A stretch of DNA of 64,000 nt. Origin: Octopus sinensis. Lineage: Eukaryota. Each line of letters starts with the position of its first letter. The first letter of the stretch is position 1. Shown here in pieces: positions 26,527 to 39,874 of this stretch. A model generated the notes under the pieces. The model searched no databases. It was not told where the DNA came from and worked only from the letters and a program-made list of their open reading frames with translations. Position numbers and translations under genes: made by a program. The stretch spans positions 25,730,001 to 25,794,000 of the forward strand of contig NC_043020.1 in assembly GCF_006345805.1 (NCBI RefSeq). Direction: 5' to 3'.

Positions 26527-27449
26527 GTGTGTACATATGCATGTGTGTAACATAAGCCACATTTTTTTTTAAAATTAATTTTTATAAAAAACTATCCCAA
26601 ATGATTACACCAAAACTTTGTCTCCCAAAGTGTTTAAGAACGTGGAATATTTGAGAAAATTTCACAAATATAAAGGAGCTTCATCACAGAGAAAACATAC
26701 TGCTTCATTCCTCTCATAGATTTATAATTTACTACTTGTTAGGGAGGATGCACGCTATATCTCACGTATGCTAGTCATTGTAGTTTGTATATCTGTGCAT
26801 GTTCAAAGAAATATTCAGACATCGGAGCACAACACAGTTTATGGATGACCTAAAGTGCAAGATTATCTGTCACTTCCTTTAGTGTAAATCGACGTATCGC
26901 TAGAAAATAACCCATTTGAAAAGTTCAGTGCAATTGTGACTTATTGGTAAATGGTAGATCGAAACCAGCCAAGACTTTTACTGCGGTACCAAATATTTGT
27001 GTATGTGTGTGTGTGTGCTTGTAGGTTTTATGTGTGCATTTGCGTGTATGAATATACCTACATAAATGCATATGTAAATCTGCGTATATATATATATATA
27101 TATATATATGTTTTATTTAATAGGTTTGTGTACTAAAGTACATCATACACCCAATAATCAAACGATTCACTACTTTTTGTTGACCCAGGATAATACTTAT
27201 TAGTTATGAATAGTGACTGTTGACTTTAAAGTTTCTTCGAAAACTTACCTCTCTTATATCCAAGAAACACTGTATATGAGTTTTCACGTTGTGCATACAC
27301 GTGAGAAAATGTATTCTCAGATGCGAGACACTCCCTATTTCCTAAACTTTCTCTAATATTCCCTTGGCGTTTTATAAGATTTTATGTGTTATATATTTAT
27401 AATTTCCCTCCTAATACGATTTCCGAAACCTCATTGATATTTATTTTTT

Positions 27450-27455
27450 ATCTCT

Positions 27456-27491
<36 letters not shown>

Positions 27492-27508
27492 ATCTATCTA
27501 TCTATCTA

Positions 27509-27544
<36 letters not shown>

Positions 27545-27547
27545 ATA

Positions 27548-27588
<41 letters not shown>

Positions 27589-27702
27589 TCTATCTTCTAT
27601 CTATCTATCTATCATCTATTTCTCTATATATCTATCTATCCATCTATATCTATCTATCTATATATCTATCTATCTATTATCATCTATCTATCTATCTATC
27701 TA

Positions 27703-27753
<51 letters not shown>

Positions 27754-27758
27754 TATCA

Positions 27759-27825
<67 letters not shown>

Positions 27826-27910
27826 ATGTCTGTCTGTCTATCTGTCTATCTATTTATTTATCTTTCCATATATCTATCTGTCTATCTAGTTATATATCTT
27901 TCTATCTATC
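27450..27910. repeat. (ATCT)n microsatellite
   Basis: Direct inspection. Confidence 0.95.
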
Positions 27911-27986
27911 TATCTGTCTGTTGGTCTATAGCCCCTTGCGGCCAATAAAGAAATATATCTGCCTGTCTGTCTCTCTTTCTCTCTCT

Positions 27987-28054
<68 letters not shown>

Positions 28055-28138
28055 ATATATATATTCAAATACATATATATATTTATATCTATATATTTAT
28101 CGTTATCTCTCTCTCTGTCTCTGTCTCTCCCCCCATCA

Positions 28139-28184
<46 letters not shown>

Positions 28185-28997
28185 GGAAATATAGATAGAT
28201 AGATAAATTTACCTTCATATATGAAACAAATTGACGACGTATAGGTGCATAAATAAACGTATAATGAGAGACAGAGACACATATACAAACGCACAGACAG
28301 ACTGACGGACAGACAGGTAGACAGATGCGTTCACACCTTTTTTTTCTGCTGGTGAAACGATTTCCATTTGTCAATAAAACAACACCGCAAAAACCCAATA
28401 ATTGACAAGAAACAACCTAAAACAATCTATTCTTTTAAACCATTCCTTGCATTATTCAAACTTCGCTGAGTACATTTCACTCTATTTACTTACGTCTCAC
28501 AAACACTCTTTTTTTTGTTTTTTCTTGTGAGAGTCAATGTTTCTCTTACTGTCTTTCACCCTCTATGGCATTAATCCCCTTTGCATTTCACTCTTTCAGA
28601 CTCTCCTTGACAGTTACTCACTCACCTACATTCTTTACTACTGTTTCCCTTATGTTATGATGTTCTTTTCCTCAATCAATCTATATTTCTCTCTTTATTT
28701 ACCACTCAATCCCTTACTCACGTTTCTGTCTTACATCCGACCAAAGGAAGAACTGACACACGTAAACACACTCCTACATACATGACTAACACAGACAAAA
28801 CACTGAATGATAACCACACACACACATAACTGCATACATATAATGTTGTGTATATATATATAAATACATGTATACGTACATACTATATATGTATATCTAT
28901 ATATATATATATATATATATCTATATATATATATATATATATATATATAGATATATAAATTTATGTATACATTACAAAGATAGACGCATACACACAC

Positions 28998-29039
<42 letters not shown>

Positions 29040-29259
29040 AATATAAAATAAAGCAAATTTTGTTTTCATTTGTTAGTTTATCTTGTTTTTCTTTTTATTT
29101 TATTGGAGTTTATATTTTTGGTTTTTCTTCTTCCTCACCATACTTCCAGAATTATCTGACTGTCAATCTTTCTTGGTTTGGCCGATTCTCTTTCTTAAGA
29201 ATTCCTCACATCCTTGCTTTCTTTCTCATCGGCCTCCTCAGCATCCTTCATCGTAACCA

Positions 29260-29348
29260 ACACCATCAACACCACCACCACCACCACCACCACACCACCA
29301 CCACCACCACCGACACCAACACAACCACCATGATTATCATCATCATCG

Positions 29349-29394
<46 letters not shown>

Positions 29395-29627
29395 TACAAT
29401 TATCATCATCATCTTTGTTTTCATCATCCTCACCGTCACCATTTTCATCATCATTCCTCCTCCACCACGTCATTACCCTCTTCACCGTTGTTCTCTATTA
29501 GACGCTAAGATCATCATCGTTCACATCGACTTCATCGTCAACATCTCCTATAACATCACCTTCATCATATGCTATCGACAGTATCATTGCAATGATAATA
29601 ACAATATTAATAATGATGACAATAATC

Positions 29628-29708
<81 letters not shown>

Positions 29709-29710
29709 TT

Positions 29711-29741
<31 letters not shown>

Positions 29742-29745
29742 TTAA
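29260..29745. repeat. Compound (CAC)(CAT)...(AAT)n tract
   Basis: Direct inspection. Confidence 0.92.
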
Positions 29746-29759
29746 TAATCTTTTCTAGT

Positions 29760-29942
29760 GGAGGCACGAATCCTCAAATTTGGGTGTGGGGGAATAGTAG
29801 ATTACAACAACCCCAGTACGAAAGTGGTACTTACTTTATCGATCCGAAGGGAGGAAAGGCAAAGTCGACCTCGGTGGAATTAGAACTCAGATCGTCGCGA
29901 CGGGCGAAATACCGCTAAGCATTTCACCCGGCGTGCTAATGC
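29760..29942 (-). mobile_element. Family B SINE, diverged
   Basis: ccccagtacg...ggtacttactttatcgatccgaagggaggaaaggcaaagtcgacctcggtggaattagaactcag...ccggcgtgctaa. Confidence 0.85.
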
Positions 29943-30000
29943 TATTAATAATAATCATAACAACAATAACAACAACAATGACAACAACAACAACAACAAC

Positions 30001-30034
<34 letters not shown>

Positions 30035-30297
30035 GTAATAATAATAGCAGCAATCCCTCTTCTTTCTCATATTCTGTAGCGTGATCGTCTTCTTTCTACT
30101 ACCACCACCACCACCACCACCACCACCACTACTACTATTATACTACTACTACTACTCCGTCTTCTTCCTTTGTACTACTGCTGCTACAACAACAACAACT
30201 ACTACTACTACTAATATTAATACTACTAACTATTCTGTTCCTCCATATTACTATTATTATTATTATTAATATTATCATTTTTATTATTATTATTATT

Positions 30298-30332
<35 letters not shown>

Positions 30333-30792
30333 TGTTGTTGTTGCTGTTATTGTGGTTGGTGTTATTTGTTATCCTATTTGTTGTTGTTGTTGTTTAATGT
30401 TCCTACTTTCCTATATTTTCTCCATCACTGTCAAATATTTATTGTCATGTGACAGATAACTATTTAGGAAACACAGCTTACTAAGTGCATCGGAAAAGTC
30501 TACGGCGGTTCTCTTCTGAATCAATATATCTCTGCAACTCCATTGATTTTTAGCCGATATTATTTTGAAAGGAATGGCACTATTCCTTCCTATCGATTAT
30601 GTGAGAACTGACATATGAAGTGAAACTGTGGAATCTGCAGAAACAAATGATGCTGTGCAGCGGATAATAAGTAATACAAATAATGTTCTAAATTTTCTCT
30701 TCGGTGAATGGTTTTGTCCGAAACGTTTAACGCTATGCAGGGTGATATACAAAATCTTGGTCGTGTCAAGAAAATGATTTCCACTTTGATAT

Positions 30793-30870
<78 letters not shown>

Positions 30871-31190
30871 CATGTAGGTGTGCGTGTGTATGAAATTATA
30901 TATATCAATATCGTATAATAATAGATAGACATTATAGTTGTATACACACACATACATACATGCATATATATATATACACACATATATATATACACACACA
31001 CATATATATATATATATATACATAAGATTTTTTTGCGTAATACGATAAAAAACCCCAGGCTGTGTAGATATTAGAGCATCTAAGATAGAAGGTCTTACAG
31101 TGTTTTCTAGGATATTTATTTATAATATCCCTCATCGGAGACGGTGTGAGATGATAGTTAAGTCATAGTTATATATGTATGTATATATAG

Positions 31191-31221
<31 letters not shown>

Positions 31222-31734
31222 TATATATATATATATATATATAATATATACTAACATATATATATATATATACTGCTCTGTCGTTGAGCAATGAGATTTG
31301 AGTTGTTCGATCGAACGATAATTGGCTCCTGAATTAATTACATAAGCAAAGAAAATTCCAGAGGTTGCACTATACACATGAACACTACACTGACACAGTT
31401 CATTCACAAGTTACAATTAGTCATTACAAGCAGACACTAATAAAATAGCCTAATTGTAATCACCCCGCACCAGTTCTGTTTCACGTTTTATTATTTGTCA
31501 GTTGAATATTTATTATTTAACCAGGCTGATCGACTGCTTGATTAATCATTTAATATGTGATTAATCAATCACTCTGTTGTGTTTGTCAAAGCCCTATCGT
31601 TGCCGTTCATCACCTAATGAATGCCAGACATTTTATACTTTAAATCACTTTCAAATCGTCATCTGTAAACAGCATAAATATTGAGTTAAAAATTTGGCCC
31701 AATTTCAGTAATTTTGTGTGTCGGTGCAGTCTTT

Positions 31735-32500
31735 AACATTGACCCCATTGCTCAACTGGTATTTTCTTTATGGACCTCAGTGGAATGTGAACACAGAATG
31801 CAAAGAGGAACGAAATGCCTCAAAGTATTTGACCCGGCCCTGCTAACGATTCTAATGGCTCGCCGCCCTAAAAATTTAAAAAGAGGACAGAAAATTCGAG
31901 AAGGTGTTGATTCGATTACATCAACCTCAGTTCGTTCTCAACTGGTACGTATTTTATGGACCCCAATAGAATGAAAATTTGAGTCGACCTCGGCAGAATT
32001 TGAACTCAGAACGTAAAGACGGACAAAATGCCGCAAAAAATTTCGTGCAGCGTGCTAATGATTGTACGAGCACACCGCTCTATAATTTTGACACAAGGAC
32101 AGCCATTTCGAGGGAGGAGTTAAGTCTTCAACATCGACCCCAGTGCTCAACTGGTACGCATTTTCTGGGCCCCTAAAAATTAAAGTCGACCTCAGTGAAA
32201 TATGAATTCAGAACATAAAGATGGACGAAATGCTGCTAAGAATTTCCAGCGGAGTGTTAACGATTCTACCACCACGCCGCCCAAAAATTCTGACGCAAGA
32301 CCAGCAATTTCGGGTGAAAGGGGAAGTCTACTACATTGACCCAGTCCTCAGCTAGTACTTATATTCTCGAACCTCCAAAGAAATGAAAGTAAAGTCGACC
32401 TCGGCGTAATTCGAACTCAGAATGTAAAGCTAGACAAAAATACTGCTAAGCATTTGGGTTCTGGCTTTCTAACGATTCTGCTAACTCGCCGCCTTATAAC
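31735..32500 (-). mobile_element. Four head-to-tail diverged family B SINE copies
   Basis: gacctc(g/a)g...gaa(c/t)(a/t)caga cores at ~31773, ~31985, ~32186, ~32397, each followed by a reverse-complement head (ctcgccgcc, cacaccgc, cacgccgcc, ctcgccgcct). Confidence 0.82.
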
Positions 32501-32523
32501 TACATAAATATGATACTTAAACC

Positions 32524-32584
<61 letters not shown>

Positions 32585-32587
<3 letters not shown>

Positions 32588-32757
32588 TTATACGATGGAT
32601 CTTTTTCAGTTTCTGTCTACCATATGTACTCATAAAGCTTTGGTCGACCCGAGTCTAGAATAGAAGAAACGTGCCCAAGATGCCACGTAGCGAGACAGAG
32701 CTCAGAACCATGTGGTTGGTAAAAAAAGCTTCTTTCTATACAGTTAGGCTTACGCCT
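32585..32757 (-). mobile_element. Family A SINE head half, diverged
   Basis: ttttcagtttctgtctacc...gctttggtcgacccgag...gccacgtagcgagacagagctcagaaccatgtgg. Confidence 0.75.
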
Positions 32758-33383
32758 CTACGCTGACTCTCAGTTATACACTAGACATTATACCCCAAAG
32801 TACACTCTACAATTACAAATTAGACATACTTTAAAGAAAAGACTTATTGCTTAGCTTTACGCATTAGCGATACACTCTTGGCTGATATACGAACCGTGCA
32901 CTTTAGAAAGATTACAATTGATTTAACTTTATACACACTGGAATTGCACGCGATTCTTGCAAACAAATACTTTTACACCAAACTTACACACTGGTATTAA
33001 AGAAAAACTTCACACTGGTTTTACCCATTACGATTCCACACGAGAAATACACACTGGGATGAAACATCATACCAACACGTCTGCAACAACAGACAACAGC
33101 AAAATCGACATGACACGTCACCTGACAAATAATCATTGACAGAAATTTTGACAAAGTGACAAACTAAGGAAAAGTGCAAAATTGATCACATACACACAAA
33201 CACACACTCACACAAACACAAACATACATATAAACACACACGTGCGCGTGCATACCTCACGGACTCTCAGAAATGAGACAGGCGTGATAAATTCCCAGAA
33301 GCTATATATATTGAGGTATGTGTGAGTGGGTTTTGAGATTCTATGGCTATGTGTGAATTAATGAGTGTTTATTCATACATACT

Positions 33384-33440
<57 letters not shown>

Positions 33441-33948
33441 TGTATGTATGTATGCATATATGTATGTATATGAGTGTGTATATATGTATGTATATCTTCA
33501 TTAACTTTTGTTTCAAGATTTTTTGCCTACAGAGAAAGATTCGGTTTCTAACCTAGACCCAAAGCTCCTTCACTGGAATTTCAACATCATCAGGTTATTT
33601 GTCTATGTATATATATATGTGCAGATTTGTATGTATGTACGTATGTATGTATGTATGTATGTATGTATGTATGTATGTATGTATGTATGCATGTATGTAT
33701 GCATGTATGTATATGTGTGTATGTATGTATGTATGTATATGTGTGTATGTATGTAAAAATGTATGTATGTATGTATGTATGTATTGGAGCAGCCAAGATT
33801 TCCCAAACTGCTACGCTGTCTCACCTCACCGATCCTCGAATACCAGGGAGTATTTAAATAATATTATTCAGAGTATTGCATAAACTACTATCGGATGATC
33901 TCCTACATAAGACTGTGAAGTATTTAGAACTTTAATAAATCATTTTTG

Positions 33949-34150
33949 AAGTCGACCTCGGCGGAATTTGAACTCAGAAACACTGCTTAGTAGGCCGGGT
34001 GAAATGCTAAGCGGTGTTTCTGAGTTCAAATTCCGCCGAGGTCGACTTTGCCTTTCATCCTTTCGGGGTCGATTATATAAGTAACAGTGGGGCACTGGGG
34101 TCGATGTAATCGACTTAATCCCTTCGCCTATCCTTGTTTGTCCCATCTAT
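33949..34150 (+). mobile_element. Family B SINE with 5' fold-back inversion (42-bp arms)
   Basis: 33949-33990 is the reverse complement of 34007-34048 with one mismatch; 16-nt spacer. Confidence 0.88.
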
Positions 34151-34279
34151 GTTCAGCCTCCTGTGGACAATTATTATGTTGCATCGAATTTTCTCCAACT
34201 ATGTGTTCATATATGCGTGTGTATATATTTGAATATGCACATAAGCATACACACGCACACACACACACATATACATATA

Positions 34280-34343
<64 letters not shown>

Positions 34344-34662
34344 ATTATTAATAATATGAAAACTTGTGCAACCAGAAAAATTTATAAGGATTATTAGACG
34401 TGTTTCCGCTGCAGCGACTTCCGACAGTGGCAAGTGCATTTTGCATTATTGTTGCTGCAGCTTCATGAGAGTCCATCAATTCGCTCATCCCCGAAGTGGA
34501 TTTAGGTTTCTTTAGGTCAATGTAAGTTAAGGGTTCTGCGCAAGAGACTGCTATGTCCAGTACAATTCTTTGAAAGTGCAAACATTGATGTCGATTCATT
34601 CGCCTACAAAAAAGGCGGTGTGCAAGTGTGGGCGTAGTACAATGACACAAACAAAGAAAAGA

Positions 34663-34868
34663 TCTATTATATAAAATCCGTTCTATCTATCTTTCTGTGT
34701 GTCTTCTAGGAACTCGGGCATCCTCCATCCGATTGCGCTCAAATTTGATATGCAGATACCGACGGTATCAGGGTGTGTATAAGTCTTGAAAAAATTACAA
34801 AAAATCGATTGCAGGTGAGAATATTTGACAACTCAGTACCGTCCATTGGACGAGGGGAGTTTTGCTCG
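34663..34868 (+). mobile_element. Non-autonomous Helitron (complete ends, internally deleted)
   Basis: A|TCtattatataaaa 5' end, (tcta/tctg)-like run, perfect hairpin cgtcc-att-ggacg at 34840-34852, 3' end CTCG|T 12 nt later, no TSD; lacks ~140 bp present in the 18.1-kb copy. Confidence 0.72.
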
Positions 34869-35326
34869 TAAAATATATATTTACAGGTACTTATACAAAT
34901 ATAGCAAATATATATTTCTATGCGTATACAGAAGCAAAAACAATTCGTTATAAGTACATTTCCATATACAATATATATATATATATATATATACTCACAT
35001 ACACACATGCACACACACACAATCACACAAATTTGTATTCATATACATTGCAGTAACACCAGAAAAGTAGGTGATTATGCCAAATTTTAGATAATAAGGT
35101 TTATGAAATGTTTATTGTACATGATCACGGCACTTTGTCAAGTCTAATAATTTCTATACGAACAGACATTGGAAACGAGGCATAATATTTTATTGGACAT
35201 CTTTAGAAAAGATATTTTTATTAGGTGTAAATTTTTACAGTTGTACAGTTGGTTGTGTTCACTTAAGAGAATCAAACCACAGTATCATACCAGCAACATT
35301 CTAAAGACATAAACATACACAACACC

Positions 35327-35358
<32 letters not shown>

Positions 35359-35782
35359 TCACACACACATACACACATGCATAGATATATTTATTTATAT
35401 TTATATTTATTTATATATATATATATTTACATTTATATATATATAGTCATATATATATATAAATACACTATATATATGTATATATATATGAATGTATATG
35501 AATATATAAAAATATAGATGCAAATATATGTATATAAATATGTGTATATGTATATTTATTTATTTATTTATATTTATATTTATATGTATATTTATATGTA
35601 TATATATACATATATACACGTATATATATATATTATATATATTATATATATATGCACGTACATATATACATATACATATATATTATATATATATATATTA
35701 TATCTATATATATATATATGAATGTATATGAATATATGAATATGCATAAGCAAATATATGTATATAAATATGTGTTTATATA

Positions 35783-35816
<34 letters not shown>

Positions 35817-36591
35817 CGTGTGTGTATATACTTCTATATCTATATTCGTATGCATATACGTATATCTATAAATCTGTATATATATGTATGTATTTATGTA
35901 GAGTAATTTCTTCCTTTTCATTCTGAAGGAAGCGTACGTGATGCGAAAATTGATGTCCCAAAACATAGTTATACAATAGCGTTCCAACAATTTACATTTC
36001 AAAATACTTTTAACCTGAGGTTAAAATAAAATTAAATGAATGTGAAATTAATTTAATGCTTTGTTCTTCGCATAGTTTTTTTCTCTTATTTTGTATAATT
36101 TGTATACCAATACGTAGATGTGCATATGTGTATATATGTGTGATGGTTCCTACATACATTTGTCTGCTTGTGTATGACAATATGTCTGTATTTATTTTAG
36201 GGGCTATATAGTGATGTAAGTGTGTATGTTTGTGTGCATGTGTGTGTTTGTGTGGTATATGTGTGTTTGCGTAGCAACGTGTTTCTGTATATATGTTCTT
36301 CCCACGTACACATGGGTGTTCTTGAGTATATCTCCGAAACTGTATGTCAGTAGTATCATGTTTGGGGTTCTTATAGATTAATATAAGTGCGTGCCTTTAC
36401 ATTGATATGTTCATGCAAGTATATGAATATATTCATATACAGACACAGATACACACATACATATACACACGCTCATATCTCTGTATGTGTATATATATAT
36501 ATATAATTTCAAAATATGTACTAATATATATATATATCTATATATATATATATATATATATACATATACACGTCTATACATTTATATATAC

Positions 36592-36646
<55 letters not shown>

Positions 36647-36670
36647 ATCTTCTATCTATCTATCTATATA

Positions 36671-36708
<38 letters not shown>

Positions 36709-37309
36709 TATATATATATGTATGCATGTATGTATGTATCTATATATTACCCTTTATACATACACTTACGTGTCTACGTGATCTTTCACTCATGATGCAA
36801 ATGGCTTATATATAGACATCTATATATATGTGCGTGTGTGTGTTAATACGTGTGTGCGTATGATACTATATATATATATATATATATATTATATATTTGT
36901 GTTGCCATTGTATGTTTGTGTATGTATATGAATATTACGTTAATGATATTCGCGGTTTTCTTCATATAATTTAATTTGTGGTATATTTTCAAATGACAAG
37001 ACACAAATCAATTGTCTAAATTCTTTTGAAAACTGATTATTTAAACAAAAAACTATATTTTGTCTTTTATCGCACTTAAGTAGCTTTTCTTCATTGTTGC
37101 CTTCGTCGAATATCAAGACTATTTCTATATCTGTAGGCTATGCGTTCCACACATGTAAAGTCCTAGCTTAAATCCTCGATATATACGGTTTCTGGCAAGC
37201 CTGCAGATTGTTTCAAGCAATGCTGCGATGTTATCGTCTGATTAATACATCCAGGATCTAACTACTTGTCATCACAAAATATTGAAACTTAATTATGCAA
37301 CAACTATGC

Positions 37310-37390
37310 TTACTCAAGAACAGAACTGATCTTCTATCACACTATAAACACCAGAATAAATATATTCTTTCCAAATGTTCTGAAATATAA
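37310..37390 (+). pseudogene. Old Penelope-like element ORF C-terminus remnant
   Basis: LLKNRTDLLSHYKHQNKYILSKCSEI* resembles the PLE GIY-YIG C-terminal LLNKRxELxSxCRHxNKYLL. Confidence 0.45.
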
Positions 37391-38606
37391 ATGGTGGAAA
37401 ATATGTGTTGATTTAAGACTAGTGGAGTTGTGCTTGGAGATACGACACTGGGTAAGTCAATAGAATGACAATTTAGATTGATTTATATTTCTTGAAGTAT
37501 GGTGACCAACAAAATGACCAATGAAAATGAGCAACAATTCAAATATATCGGATATAAAGCATGCCCACATTCACTAACAACATTCGTTCACATAAACCAC
37601 AGAGAACCTTTTCTCGTGTCAATTATGGCATCGGCCTACAGAGTTAATGCAGAAGTCGAGATAATAACGAAGTAATAACGAGTATGCAAATAGAAACAAA
37701 ACATTGTGTGGATCCGTTAATAAAAATCGACAACTCGAAAGTAATAGTAAAAAAAAAAACAGAAAAAAAATCAGAAAGAAAATGCCGTTGCGAACGAATT
37801 TAATAATCGTAACAAGGAAATCTACGGAGACCGGATATAAAAACGAATTAGTCCAATAGAGAGGAAAAAACCCAATGAATTGATCAATGGAAAGCAACAA
37901 CACGCAAACAGTCGAATTACACTACTATAACAAAATAACATTCAGAAACTACTCAATGAAAGCAATAGCCTTACAAATGAGAAGACCTCTGGTTTATATC
38001 GTCGCTATTGGAAGAGTCGTATCAATCTAAAATGGCGCCAGTCTACCCGTATGTACGTGCATATATACATACATATATGGATATATATATATATATATAT
38101 ATATATAGATATATATATATATATATATATATATATCTATACATGCAGGCATATATATATACACACACACAGACACACACACACACACACAACACACACA
38201 CACACATAATATATAATATATATATATACATATATACCTACATACAGACTACATATGTGTGTGTGTGCGCTTGTGGAACAACTGTGTTCGAGTTTTGTCA
38301 TTTTATTTTATATTCTTCATATTTTCTTAGCATTTTATAGCTGGCTTCCAACGGTAGAATTCCAAAGTCCTATTTTTCGACGTTTCTAGACTTTCACAGT
38401 CTCATTATCAAGAATTGAGCTGAATACATTTTGTGTCTCTGCTCTTCTTTATATAATGATTGAGTTTTGCGTAGACGTCACCTCCAAAGTTTCATTGACC
38501 GTTATAATGAGGTTTCAGTAGTCACGTGTTCCTTTATTTGCCGCGGCCAAATGTTTTTTGTTATATAATAATAATAATAATAATAATAATGATAATAATA
38601 ATAATA

Positions 38607-38641
<35 letters not shown>

Positions 38642-38873
38642 TATATGAATTGAAATGTGTGCCTTGCCTTAACGTTTGTTGTCCTCTTTAACAATTATAT
38701 ATCAGCTATATAAGAAATCTACAATGGCTTCATAACTACCGTCTCGGCTATAACCATGTAGACCTAGTAATCCGTTACCCCACTTACCTAGCGTACCTAG
38801 TCGTTTAGATCATCTGTGAACTAACCCCCCATATTTTGTATTACTATATATATATATATACATATATATTTAC

Positions 38874-39079
38874 AAAAATTAAGAGGACTGACCACCAAAA
38901 CGGATTCCTAATATACTAGATATAAACGTCAAATCGCCTAACCACGAAGAGTGTTCTCGAGAAAAAATTTGAAAATTTGAAATTTTTTCTTGTGAACACA
39001 CTCTTCGTGGTTAGGCGATTTGACGTCTATATCTAGCATATTAGGAGTCAACTTTAGTGGTCATTCCTCTTAATTTTTT
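38874..39079. mobile_element. Fold-back (palindromic) MITE-like element, ~98-bp arms
   Basis: 38874-38970 vs 38980-39079 reverse-complementary (cgtcaaatcgcctaaccacgaagagtgt exact), ~85-90% overall, 9-nt spacer gaaaatttg. Confidence 0.85.
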
Positions 39080-39174
39080 ATGCAATATAATTTTTAATCT
39101 TATGATATTTTAAATATGCTAAGCCACTGGTGTTATCTAATTAATATAAGTTTCTACCCTTATTATTTAATTTA

Positions 39175-39213
<39 letters not shown>

Positions 39214-39239
39214 TGTATGTATCTATACCTATGTGTGTG

Positions 39240-39450
39240 TGTTTCTTTTTGTCTGAGTATGTTCCACCACCACTTGTCATCCGATGTCGGTGTTTTTGCA
39301 AAGCCGTAACTTAGCGGTTCTCTAAAAAGGACCGATGGAATAAGTAGCAGACTTACAAAATAAATACTGGAGTCGAGTCATTCCACTAAAAATTCAACGC
39401 AGTGCCCCAGCATGGCCGCATGCTAATGACTGAAATGAGTAAAAAGATAA
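39240..39450 (+). mobile_element. Family A SINE 3' half, diverged
   Basis: ccaccacttgtcatccgatgtcggtg...taacttagcggttc...ccagcatggccgc...atgactgaaatgagtaaaaag. Confidence 0.75.
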
Positions 39451-39874
39451 AATAAAAGTATTTGAAATTATCAAATATAACATCATTTTTCGAATTAAAT
39501 TTAAAGGGTCATATAATTATCTCTATATTTTTAGACATTTCTCTTTGCCAAATTCCATGCCTATATCTTTGCTGAAGGGTCTTTCAGTCTGTATTAAGGA
39601 ATCTATAGCTTCTTCGTTTTTACTAAAATGTAGACGAAATGGTTACTTTTCCCTTATTATTTCTGAACTTATACCCTGCATATTTCCTTCGTTGATATTA
39701 AACTGATGGGGATCAAACTTAAGATAAATATCAAAGTGGACAACGAGTCCCCAATGTTAAAATATTTATTAATACACTTCTATTTCTTCTTTACCATCAT
39801 CATTATCATAATCATTATCGTCTCCATCTTTTACTTCCTTTCCTTCTTCTTCTCATTATTATTATTATTATTAT

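Noticed and set aside
26836-26856. FMDDLK resembling an RT catalytic motif
   Set aside because: Flanking translation shows no other RT motif and stops shortly after.
30620-30705. Possible + strand exon (ETVESAETNDAVQRIISNTNNVLNFLF, then gtgaat)
   Set aside because: In-frame stop immediately upstream and no polypyrimidine acceptor.
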